A stretch of DNA of 64,000 bases. It comes from an uncultured Alphaproteobacteria bacterium. GTDB lineage: Bacteria > Pseudomonadota > Alphaproteobacteria > Rhizobiales > Hyphomicrobiaceae. The DNA lies in assembly GCA_963847145.1 (NCBI GenBank), contig CAWJYN010000002.1, positions 17,810-81,809 of the forward strand, in the 5' to 3' direction. A model generated the notes under the pieces. The model was not told the DNA's origin and searched no databases. It saw nothing but the letters and a program-made list of their open reading frames with translations. A program made the translations under genes and the position numbers. Below are positions 8,984 through 17,238 of this stretch, one piece after another. Numbering within the stretch: position 1 is the first letter of the stretch; the number at the start of each line of letters is the position of its first letter.

Positions 8984-10561
8984 GTGGCCGCCTGGAGACC
9001 CTGTGTGAAAGTTCTTTTTGCCGACCACATGCTCGACAACGAACGGCGCGAGCTGTGCCGCGGCGCGGAAAGCATCGCCGTCGAACCGCAGGTGTTCGAT
9101 CTGCTGGTCTATCTCGTCGAGAACCGCGATCGCGTCGTCAGCAAAGACGATCTTATGACCTCGGTGTGGGGCGGTCGTATCGTGTCTGAATCGACGCTAA
9201 CCAGCCGCATCAATGCCGCGCGCAAGGCCATCGGCGATACCGGGCGCGAGCAGAAGCTGATCCGCACCATTGCCCGCAAAGGCTTCCGTTTTGTCGGCGA
9301 TGTCCGGCTGCCATCACCCGCCAACGACACCGCCTACCCGGCCGGCACGCCACCCGATGGCAGCCCCGAACCGGCGCGTCCGGCCATCGCCGTGCTGCCC
9401 TTCGTCAACATGAGCGGCAACCCCGAGCAGGAGTACTTCTCCGAGGGCATCAGCGAAGACATCATCACCGCTCTGTCCAAGCTGCGCTGGTTCTTGGTCA
9501 TCGCGCGCACCTCGTCGTTTATCTACAAGGACAAAGCCGTCCACCTCCGCCAGATCGCTGCCGAGTTGGGCGTGCGCTATGTGGTTGAAGGCAGCGTCCG
9601 CCAGGGCGGCGATCGCGTGCGCATCACCGTGCAGCTCAACGACGTTGCCACCGGCAGCCACATCTGGGCCGAGCGCTACGATCGCAGTCTCGCCGATGTG
9701 TTCGCCGTGCAGGACGAGATCACCGAAGCCATCGTCGCCACCATCGAACCGCAGCTCTATGTGGCCGAAAACTTTCGCGCCCAGCGAAAGCCACCCGACA
9801 GCATGGACGCCTGGGATCTCGCCATGCGCGGGCTGTCCCACTACTGGCGCGTGACGCGGCAGGACAACATCGTTGCCCAGGCACTGCTGGAGAAGGCGAT
9901 CGTGCTTGATCCGCATTACGGCCAAGCCCTCGGCGTGCTCGCCACCAGTCATACTTTTGGTGCCCACAACGGGTGGGAGGACATGAGCACCGCGCTGCTG
10001 GTTGCCAGTCAAGCGGCGGAGGCGGCCATCCTCGCCGATAACGAGGACCCCTGGGCGCATTATGCGCTCGGCTGTGTGCATCTTTTCTTACGCCGCTTCG
10101 ACGACAGCCTTGCCGACTATGCAATGGCCTTGCGCCTCAATCCGAATTTCTCGCTGGCACAAGGTTACTACGGCTTGGCGCTGTCGTATTGTGGCCGCTG
10201 GGAGGAGGGCGCCACCGCAGCCCGCCGTGCGCTTCGCGCCAGCAGCCCTCACGATCCATTCTCGGCGATCTACAACTCCATCATGTCATACGCGATGTTC
10301 TGCGGCCGCCGCTACGACGAGGCTATGCGGCTGTCGCGCGAAGCCATCCGCCAGCGCGGCGATTTCGTGGGCGCGCTCCGCGTCTTCACAGCCGCCGCCG
10401 GGATGGCCGGCGAACGCGACGCCGCAAATGCAACGCTGCAGCACCTGCGCGCCGCCCAGCCCAACATCTCACTCGCCTGGATCGAGCAGCACATGCCGAT
10501 TAAACTCGATAGCGAGCGCGAGCATTATCTCGAAGGGTTCCGCCGCGCAGGAATGCGATGA
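8984..10561 (+). CDS. winged-helix (OmpR/CadC-type) DNA-binding protein with C-terminal TPR region
   Basis: N-terminal trans_reg_C-like segment (VEPQVFDLLVYLVENRDRVVSKDDLMTSVWGGRIVSESTLTSRINAARKAIGD...IRTIARKGFRFVG). TPR-like helical repeats follow. GTG 9005 is an alternative start. Confidence 0.75.
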   Translation: MAAWRPCVKVLFADHMLDNERRELCRGAESIAVEPQVFDLLVYLVENRDRVVSKDDLMTSVWGGRIVSESTLTSRINAARKAIGDTGREQKLIRTIARKGFRFVGDVRLPSPANDTAYPAGTPPDGSPEPARPAIAVLPFVNMSGNPEQEYFSEGISEDIITALSKLRWFLVIARTSSFIYKDKAVHLRQIAAELGVRYVVEGSVRQGGDRVRITVQLNDVATGSHIWAERYDRSLADVFAVQDEITEAIVATIEPQLYVAENFRAQRKPPDSMDAWDLAMRGLSHYWRVTRQDNIVAQALLEKAIVLDPHYGQALGVLATSHTFGAHNGWEDMSTALLVASQAAEAAILADNEDPWAHYALGCVHLFLRRFDDSLADYAMALRLNPNFSLAQGYYGLALSYCGRWEEGATAARRALRASSPHDPFSAIYNSIMSYAMFCGRRYDEAMRLSREAIRQRGDFVGALRVFTAAAGMAGERDAANATLQHLRAAQPNISLAWIEQHMPIKLDSEREHYLEGFRRAGMR

Positions 10562-10642
10562 GGGGCGGCACCCTTTACACCTGCCACTCCATCCCTCCAT
10601 ATCTACCGCTCGCCGTCCCCGCCCCCTCTCCCCCGAGCGCCC

Positions 10643-12250
10643 ATGCCCCGATTGAAATCGTCCGTTGCCCCTGAGAGTGCTGACTTCAAGGCCAATGCGG
10701 CGGCGATGGGTGCGCTGGTTGCCGACCTGCAGGCCAAGCGCGCCGTCACGGCCCAAGGCGGCAACGCGAAATCGCGCGAGCGCCACACCAGCCGTGGCAA
10801 ACTGCTACCGCGCGAGCGCGTGATGACATTGATCGATCCGGGCTCGCCGTTTCTCGAGTTTTCGCAGATGGCCGCGTGGGGGATGTACGACAACGAAATC
10901 CACGGCGGCGGCGTCATAACCGGCATCGGCCGCGTGTCGGGCCGCGAGTGCGTCATCGTCTGCAACGACGCCACCATCAAGGGCGGCACCTACTACCCGA
11001 TGACGGTGAAGAAGCACTTGCGCGCTCAAGAGATCGCCCATGCCAACCGTCTGCCGTGCCTCTATCTCGTCGATAGCGGCGGCGCCAACCTGCCTCACAA
11101 CGCCGATGTGTTTCCGGATCGCGAACACTTCGGGCGTATTTTTTATAACCAGGCGCGCATGAGCGCCGATCGCGTGCCGCAGATCGCCGCCGTGCTTGGC
11201 AGCTGCACAGCTGGCGGCGCCTATGTGCCGGCCATGTCGGACGAGACCATCATCGTCCGCAAACAAGGCACCATCTTTCTTGCTGGGCCGCCGCTGGTCA
11301 AAGCAGCAACCGGCGAAACCGTCTCGGCCGAAGATCTCGGCGGCGCGGACGTCCACACGCGCCTCTCGGGCGTCGCCGATCACTATGCACTCAATGATCG
11401 TCACGCTTTGCAGATCGCGCGCGATATCGTGGCCAATCTTGGCGCGGCGCGCGCGCCCGACGTCACGCTGCGCGCGGTTCGCGCTCCCGCCTACGACACG
11501 CGCGAACTCGACGGCGTGGTGCCCGCCTCCCTGATGACCCAGTACGACGCGCGCGACATCATCGCGCGGCTGGTGGATGCGTCCGAGTTCGACGAGTTCA
11601 AAGCCAATTTCGGCACCACCATCGTCACCGGCTTTGCCCATATCGAGGGCATCCCGGTTGCCATCCTCGCCAACAACGGCATTCTCTATTCGGAGAGTGC
11701 GCAGAAGGCCGCGCACTTCATCGAGCTCGCCTGTCAGCGCAAGATCCCGCTCTTGTTTTTGCAAAACATCACCGGCTTCATGGTCGGGCGCGAAGCGGAA
11801 GCCGGTGGCATCGCGCGGCATGGCGCCAAGATGGTCACCGCCGTGTCGTCTGCCAACGTGCCCAAGATCACCGTGCTGATCGGCGGCAGCTATGGTGCCG
11901 GCAACTACGCTATGTGCGGGCGTGCGTACTCGCCCCGCTTTCTGTTTTCGTGGCCGAACGCGCGCTGCTCGCTGATGGGCGCACCGCAAGCCGCCTCCGT
12001 GCTCGCCACCGTCAAGCGCGACAACTACGACAAGGCGGGCGAGACCTGGTCCGCCGCAGACGAAGCCAAGTTCAAACAACCCACGCTCGAACAGTTCGAA
12101 CGCGAAGGTCACCCTTACTTCATGACCGCGCGTCTCTGGGACGATGGGATTATCGCGCCGAGCGAAACGCGGCGGGTGTTGGGACTAGCGTTTGCGGCGT
12201 GCTTGAACGCCCCGATTGCCGACACGACGTTCGGGGTGTTTCGGATGTGA
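10643..12250 (+). CDS. mccB: methylcrotonoyl-CoA carboxylase beta (carboxyltransferase) subunit
   Basis: 535 aa. Characteristic carboxyltransferase blocks [63 protein letters not shown] and [16 protein letters not shown]. Confidence 0.85.
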   Translation: MPRLKSSVAPESADFKANAAAMGALVADLQAKRAVTAQGGNAKSRERHTSRGKLLPRERVMTLIDPGSPFLEFSQMAAWGMYDNEIHGGGVITGIGRVSGRECVIVCNDATIKGGTYYPMTVKKHLRAQEIAHANRLPCLYLVDSGGANLPHNADVFPDREHFGRIFYNQARMSADRVPQIAAVLGSCTAGGAYVPAMSDETIIVRKQGTIFLAGPPLVKAATGETVSAEDLGGADVHTRLSGVADHYALNDRHALQIARDIVANLGAARAPDVTLRAVRAPAYDTRELDGVVPASLMTQYDARDIIARLVDASEFDEFKANFGTTIVTGFAHIEGIPVAILANNGILYSESAQKAAHFIELACQRKIPLLFLQNITGFMVGREAEAGGIARHGAKMVTAVSSANVPKITVLIGGSYGAGNYAMCGRAYSPRFLFSWPNARCSLMGAPQAASVLATVKRDNYDKAGETWSAADEAKFKQPTLEQFEREGHPYFMTARLWDDGIIAPSETRRVLGLAFAACLNAPIADTTFGVFRM

Positions 12251-12358
12251 GGGGGTAGGCAGCGCGTAGATACGGCTGGTGTGCCATAGGTGCCGAAGTT
12301 GCGCGAAGATGTTGCCTCACGCGTGGCTCAACAAACCCCTAAAAGACGCTGCCGCAGC

Positions 12359-12565
12359 CTAACATTTGCATCTAAATGCGATGCACTGCTGAACAAACTT
12401 ATTGGTGTGGTAGGCTTTTTCGCAAGCCGCTTTACACTGTGGAGTACAAATAGCGCCCTTCGTTTGGGCAGCCGTCGGCGCCGCCGCAAAGATGGAGACC
12501 GTCGAGGCAATAGCAACGGCTGCTGCACACGTCAGCAAGAATTTTTGGGAACCAGCGCGCGACAT
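12359..12565 (-). CDS. small secreted cysteine-rich peptide precursor (68 aa)
   Basis: ATG 12565 preceded by GGAGAG. Signal peptide MSRAGSQKFLLTCAAAVAIASTVSIFAAAPTAAQ. The ~34-aa mature part has 6 Cys (CTPQCKAACEKAYHTNKFVQQCIAFRCKC). It lies in a visibly lower-G+C islet. Confidence 0.5.
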   Translation of the reverse strand: MSRAGSQKFLLTCAAAVAIASTVSIFAAAPTAAQTKGAICTPQCKAACEKAYHTNKFVQQCIAFRCKC

Positions 12566-12661
12566 TGTGAACTCTCCAGCGAAAAACACGTGTCGTAACG
12601 ATTGTCTCCTTCGACATAATCTAAGAGAAATCTAGCTGCAGCGCGTCACCCGAACTCCAAC

Positions 12662-12702
12662 GACTGAAGCCAATTATACTTCAGAACTATTATGCTTCAG
12701 TC
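12662..12702. promoter_or_regulatory. 9-bp perfect inverted repeat (GACTGAAGC / GCTTCAGTC), candidate operator or hairpin
   Basis: Arms at 12662-12670 and 12694-12702, with a third CTTCAG copy between them. About 100-140 bp upstream of the small Cys-rich peptide gene. Confidence 0.3.
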
Positions 12703-13059
12703 AGTGTTTTGGCTGTCCTGTCGAGCAGATCTAGTCCGCTTTGCGGCAAGTAGTTGCCGGGCTGCTTTGCGCAAGACGTCGTCCGTGTTTGATACATAAA
12801 GACAATCGCGCCCGAAACATTACTGAGTTTCTGGCAGTCGTCAATCGACATACATGGAAGGCACGATCCGGATTATATCGTCTCAGCAGCGGCGGGCGTG
12901 CTGGCGAGCTGGGGCTTGCCTGCGCTGCGTGACTTAAATGGCCTCGTGACCGCCACGACAGTTGGGGTGTCCCGGATGTGTGGATTGCGGATCAGAAATG
13001 TGCGGACTGATGAGTTCAATATTGCGGATTTGAAAAGATGCGCCGCTGCGATTGAATAG

Positions 13060-14001
13060 ATGCAAGCCCTGTCGAACGCGATCAAAGCCACGAGCCCCCT
13101 CATGCCCCTCGCTCCCGCCACCGGCGCCCGCATCTACTACGAAGAAACCGGCAGCGGCACACCGATCGTGTTCGTGCACGAGTTCGCTGGCGATTGGCGC
13201 ACGTGGGATGATCAGATGCGCCACTTCGGCCGCGGCTGGCGCTGCGTGACGATGTCGGCGCGCGGCTACCCGAAGTCGGACGCGCCGGAGGACGAAGCGC
13301 TCTACGGCCAATCGTTCTCCACGCGCGACATCGTCGCCGTCATGGATACGGCCGGCATCAGCCGCGCCCACGTCGTCGGCCTCAGCATGGGCGCGTACGC
13401 GGCGCTGATGGTGGCGATGGAGTTCCCCGAACGCGTGCTCTCAGTCGTCGCGGCCGGTGGTGGCTCCGGCTCACCACTGGCCACGTGCGAAACCTTCCGC
13501 GCCGAAAGCCGCGCCACCGCCGCGCACTTCGACGCGACCGGCACCATCGATGCAGCCAGCATGGGCCACGGGCCTACGCGCATACAGCTGAAGAACAAAG
13601 ATCCCGTCGGCTGGCAGCGGTTCGTCACGCAACTCGCCGAGCATCCCGCGCACGCTGCCGCCAAAACTCTCAGACAAGTGCAGGCCAAGCGCGCCTCGCT
13701 CTACACCATGGAGACACAACTCAAGGCCATTGCCTGTCCCGTGCTGCTGATGGTCGGCGACGAGGACGAGCCGTGCCTCGACGTAAACCTGTGGATGAAG
13801 CGCCTGATGCCCGTCGCCGATCTCGTTCTGCTGCCGGGCTCCGGCCACGCCATCAATCTCGAAGAACCACTGGTGTTCAACCAGTTTGTCGAGCAGTTCA
13901 TCGCCCGCGTGGACGCCGGCCGCTGGCGCCCGCGTGATCCAACGGCGGTGCCCGGCGCTGTGACGTCGCTTTCGGCTGCCGCCGCAATGCCAAAAACCTG
14001 A
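13060..14001 (+). CDS. alpha/beta-fold hydrolase
   Basis: HEFAGDW oxyanion region and nucleophile elbow GLSMGA. C-terminal GSGHAINLEEP is typical of the fold. Confidence 0.8.
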   Translation: MQALSNAIKATSPLMPLAPATGARIYYEETGSGTPIVFVHEFAGDWRTWDDQMRHFGRGWRCVTMSARGYPKSDAPEDEALYGQSFSTRDIVAVMDTAGISRAHVVGLSMGAYAALMVAMEFPERVLSVVAAGGGSGSPLATCETFRAESRATAAHFDATGTIDAASMGHGPTRIQLKNKDPVGWQRFVTQLAEHPAHAAAKTLRQVQAKRASLYTMETQLKAIACPVLLMVGDEDEPCLDVNLWMKRLMPVADLVLLPGSGHAINLEEPLVFNQFVEQFIARVDAGRWRPRDPTAVPGAVTSLSAAAAMPKT

Positions 14002-14123
14002 TGGCCCAAGGCGGCAAGACACCCAGCGCATTTGCATCGAATGTTGCGCCAATCAGCAAAAGCTTCTTAGCAAGGCCGAGCTAACATAGCGATGAGCGAC
14101 GTAACAGCTTGGCAGGGCGGAAC

Positions 14124-14558
14124 ATGATTTCGGGCAAGCAGTCACAGCCGCGTGCGGCGTCGGGCGTCGCAATGACTGGTGCCGACCGCCGCCAGTTCGG
14201 CCGCCGCGCCACCGTGCGCCATGCGTGGATTATTGCTGGCGCGCAGCGGCGCATTGCCTGTGTGATCCGTAATGTCTCAGAAGGCGGCGCGCTGCTGGAG
14301 CTGGACGGCGTCGCCACGCTGCCCGGCCGCTTCTCGTTGGATATTGAAGGCAGCGGCCTCATTGTCGCGTGCGAGGCGCGGCATCGCGGGCAGGTCTCGC
14401 TCGGCGTGCTCTTCCTGGAGCCTGGCGCGGGTGCGCAGCTGCTCGCGCTTGGGCATGGAATCCAAAATTCAGCGCCGGGAACTGTGGCCCTAGCCCCAAC
14501 CGTCGCCGTTACCCCTGCCCGGCCAGCCGCCACCGTCATCGCGTTGCCGGACCGCTAA
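14124..14558 (+). CDS. PilZ-domain protein
   Basis: c-di-GMP-binding signatures RRQFGRR and NVSEGGALLE (RxxxR ... D/NxSxxG) in a single-domain 144-aa protein. Confidence 0.75.
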   Translation: MISGKQSQPRAASGVAMTGADRRQFGRRATVRHAWIIAGAQRRIACVIRNVSEGGALLELDGVATLPGRFSLDIEGSGLIVACEARHRGQVSLGVLFLEPGAGAQLLALGHGIQNSAPGTVALAPTVAVTPARPAATVIALPDR

Positions 14559-15493
14559 GGCAGGAAGCCTTTGCTCAAATCCATCGCCTGCTTGATCCGC
14601 TCGCGGCCTTTGCTGTCGGTCACCGCAAGCGTCCACGTCACGTTGGTGCCCTGGCCGTAAGAGGTTGTCGAGCGCAGCCGCGCCGCCAGCGTCTCGCCCT
14701 TGCGCACTTCGAACGGCTCGGCAGCCGGGAGATACAACTGCTCCCAATGCGTGCGTGGATCGAACGGCCCAGTGCCAAGCGACAGCCCTTCGACCAACTC
14801 AGCCGTCCACCAGATCGCGAAGCCGCTGATCGTCGCGGGCGCTTTCATCGCCCACGCCGCAGTGCCGATGCGCGTTGTCTTGGTCGCCTTCGCAAGATCG
14901 ACCTTGTCCCACAGCAGCGCGGCTTTACCGTCATCCAGCAGATCGTTCGCCACCAGCCAGCGAACGTAAATATTGTTCAGGCCCATCTCGCGGGCAGCTG
15001 CAAAATTCAGCCCAAAGCCGACGCTGTCCCATGTCGTGAGGTCCGCGTGCAATTTGGTGCTCACCACCGGGCACACCATTTGCGTCACCTTTCCCGGGAT
15101 CAGCACGCCGCCCGGCTCCAAGTAGCGGTCACGCGCATCGCCCAAGGTTTCGATGATATTTTCCTCAAACGCGTAGTTGCCCAGCGTTTCCGACACCGCG
15201 ACATCAAAGCGCTCCGGCGGCTCCAACTCCGTCGAATGCGCCGGCACGACTTCGATGTTGCGCAGCCCATTGGCCTTCGCCAGCTTCTTCGCCAGCGCCG
15301 CAATCTCCGCCGTCTCGATCAGCACCACACGCTTAGCGCCGAGCTTGGCCGCCATAAAGCCGAGAAATCCCGTGCCGCAGCCGATATCGACCACTTTGGT
15401 CTGGCCCGGCACGATCACGCGCCGCAACGCTTCGTGAAATGCCTCATTGCGCACGCGGTCGGCGAGCAGCGTACGGTGATATTCAATGCGCAT
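14555..15493 (-). CDS. protein arginine N-methyltransferase (PRMT)-like class I SAM methyltransferase
   Basis: 312 aa from ATG 15493. SAM motif VVDIGCGTGFLG, double-E loop VSETLGNYAFEEN (15158-15193), THW loop RTHWEQ (THW at 14744-14752), and a C-terminal beta-barrel-length extension. Confidence 0.7.
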   Translation of the reverse strand: MRIEYHRTLLADRVRNEAFHEALRRVIVPGQTKVVDIGCGTGFLGFMAAKLGAKRVVLIETAEIAALAKKLAKANGLRNIEVVPAHSTELEPPERFDVAVSETLGNYAFEENIIETLGDARDRYLEPGGVLIPGKVTQMVCPVVSTKLHADLTTWDSVGFGLNFAAAREMGLNNIYVRWLVANDLLDDGKAALLWDKVDLAKATKTTRIGTAAWAMKAPATISGFAIWWTAELVEGLSLGTGPFDPRTHWEQLYLPAAEPFEVRKGETLAARLRSTTSYGQGTNVTWTLAVTDSKGRERIKQAMDLSKGFLP

Positions 15494-15817
15494 GGCGCTC
15501 CAGGTCTTTCGCGGCCGCAAAATAATTGCGCATAGCGCAGGCGCTCTTGCGCGCGCCGAGCCATAAAAGCGAGGATTGGAGGGCGCAAGGGGTTAACGTT
15601 ATTGATTAATCTTTTAATCGCAAGCCGCGAGCCGCCCGTATTCCGGGCCTTGCCGTTTCAGCAGCAGTCAAAAACCGGCCAAAAAGCCCCCGCCAATGCT
15701 CGCCTGTTGCAGCCATGGTAGAGTGTTCCTCAGCCACACCTGCTCAAACGTCCTCACGAGGAACGACCCCGCATGCACGCCGTCAATGCTACCGCAGCTT
15801 ACAGCCACCCGTCATCG

Positions 15818-17002
15818 TCAGCCGCGCCCACCGTCCCCCAACCACGGCCGGCTGCGGATACGCGCGACCACAAATCGCATCAGGGCCGCGTCCGCCACCG
15901 GCGTGAAGGCACCGAACGAGATGAACTTCACGAAGCTGTTCCACAGCATCAGTCCGGCAAACTGCATCTTGGGCAGCTTCACGTCCAACCGCTGGCCGTC
16001 GAACACCAGACTGGAAATCTGATGCTCGATCCACGCGGCGCGATAATACAGGAGAAACCCGAACACCGGCGTCAGACCGAATGCCAACACCCCGAGCCCG
16101 GTCTTCAACGTCTCCGGCTGCAACAACGGCGTCAACGTTTGGCCTTCGAGGGCGGCCAGCACCTCAGGGCCAATCGTCAGGCCCACCAGCACCATGGTCG
16201 CGACATAGATCGTGCCGCCGCCAAACCACAGCGCTGCAAAGGCCCGATAAAGCGGCGCGACACCACCCACCGCCCTGAAGCGTTGCGCGCCCAGGCACAT
16301 ATCGCCGATCTTGCGACGCTCCAGCCGGTTGGCACGCCACGGGCCTGCCCAGCCGAGCGTCAGCGGCACCAGGAAGGCGGTCCAAAAGTGCTGCAGTGCG
16401 TAGGCCCAAGGCTGGCCGTCAAGATCGAAGTGCTGGCCACGCCACCACGTGCGCCGCAGGATCTCCTTGCGCTTGCGGTAGACGACCGAGCCCAGCAGGA
16501 ACAGCAGCGGCAGGGTGATGAAGAGCCGCTGATAGCGGAACTCGCCGAGCGATTGGCGCAGCTGACCGGTCCCACCGCCCGTCTTGACGAAGAACCAGAC
16601 AAACGCCGAAACGAACATCACCGTCGTCAGGGTGCCCAACAGAAACGCCTTGAAGGCCTCGCGGCCGGTGCCTGTGTAGTCGAGGGGCGCGCCACCGATG
16701 CGCAGTGCGCGATGCAGCTGCTTGCGCGCCTCGGCCTTGGCCCAGAACGAGTAGAAACCGAGTGTCGCCAGGGTCAGGCCGAAATTGCGGATCGAGAGGC
16801 TCAGGAAGCTCTCGGCGGGCTCGACGAATGTAACAAGTTGAGCGGGTGCGTTGGGCGCGTGCGGCTCAGACGCCTCGTGGCGGTCGTGCGCTGTGACAGA
16901 TTGCAGCCAAGCGGCCGCGAACGGGCCCACCGATGCAGGCGAAGCGGTGAGCATAAGACGCACTCGTACAAAACAACGACCCCAGTGCACGCGGTGCACC
17001 AA
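15818..17002 (-). CDS. DUF898 (YjgN-like) inner-membrane protein
   Basis: Repeated hydrophobic modules with FLSLSIRNFGLTLATLGFYSFWAK-type motifs. Start is uncertain (17002 or ATG 16954). The opposite-strand ORF 15773..17017 is Arg/Gln/His-rich and not protein-like. Confidence 0.7.
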   Translation of the reverse strand: MVHRVHWGRCFVRVRLMLTASPASVGPFAAAWLQSVTAHDRHEASEPHAPNAPAQLVTFVEPAESFLSLSIRNFGLTLATLGFYSFWAKAEARKQLHRALRIGGAPLDYTGTGREAFKAFLLGTLTTVMFVSAFVWFFVKTGGGTGQLRQSLGEFRYQRLFITLPLLFLLGSVVYRKRKEILRRTWWRGQHFDLDGQPWAYALQHFWTAFLVPLTLGWAGPWRANRLERRKIGDMCLGAQRFRAVGGVAPLYRAFAALWFGGGTIYVATMVLVGLTIGPEVLAALEGQTLTPLLQPETLKTGLGVLAFGLTPVFGFLLYYRAAWIEHQISSLVFDGQRLDVKLPKMQFAGLMLWNSFVKFISFGAFTPVADAALMRFVVARIRSRPWLGDGGRG

Positions 17003-17238
17003 CGCTGTGCACGATAACTACCAATGGTTACTCAGGTGTTAATGGCGTCGTGCGTGAGGCTGGTCGCAGCCCAAAGGAGAAGTGCGCATGATGACCAATG
17101 GTTATAGGCAGCGGAGGCGCTCTAATTGCCTCACGCGATCGACAGCTGCACGCGCTTAGTTCCCGTTTCCTTGACGCCAGCGGGCGGCGCGCGTACCACC
17201 CACGTCAAACCCCTTCATTGGTGAAACGCCCCCGCGCC

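Noticed and set aside
10805-12112. 435-aa minus-strand ORF opposite mccB
   Set aside because: Shadow ORF of a strongly supported carboxyltransferase gene, with a low-complexity Arg/Gly/Asp/His composition.
15590-15640. AT-rich patch with GTTAAC and GATTAATC palindromes, considered as CtrA-type (TTAA-N7-TTAA) or another operator
   Set aside because: The spacing of the TTAA half-sites (9 and 4 nt) does not fit the CtrA consensus, and no other known operator is recognised. Likely just the promoter region of the PRMT-like gene.
14369-17017. 388-aa and 414-aa plus-strand ORFs (14369..15535 and 15773..17017)
   Set aside because: Both lie antisense to the PRMT-like and DUF898 genes, which have clear motifs or TM helices. 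The plus-strand translations are Arg/Gln/His-rich with no motifs.
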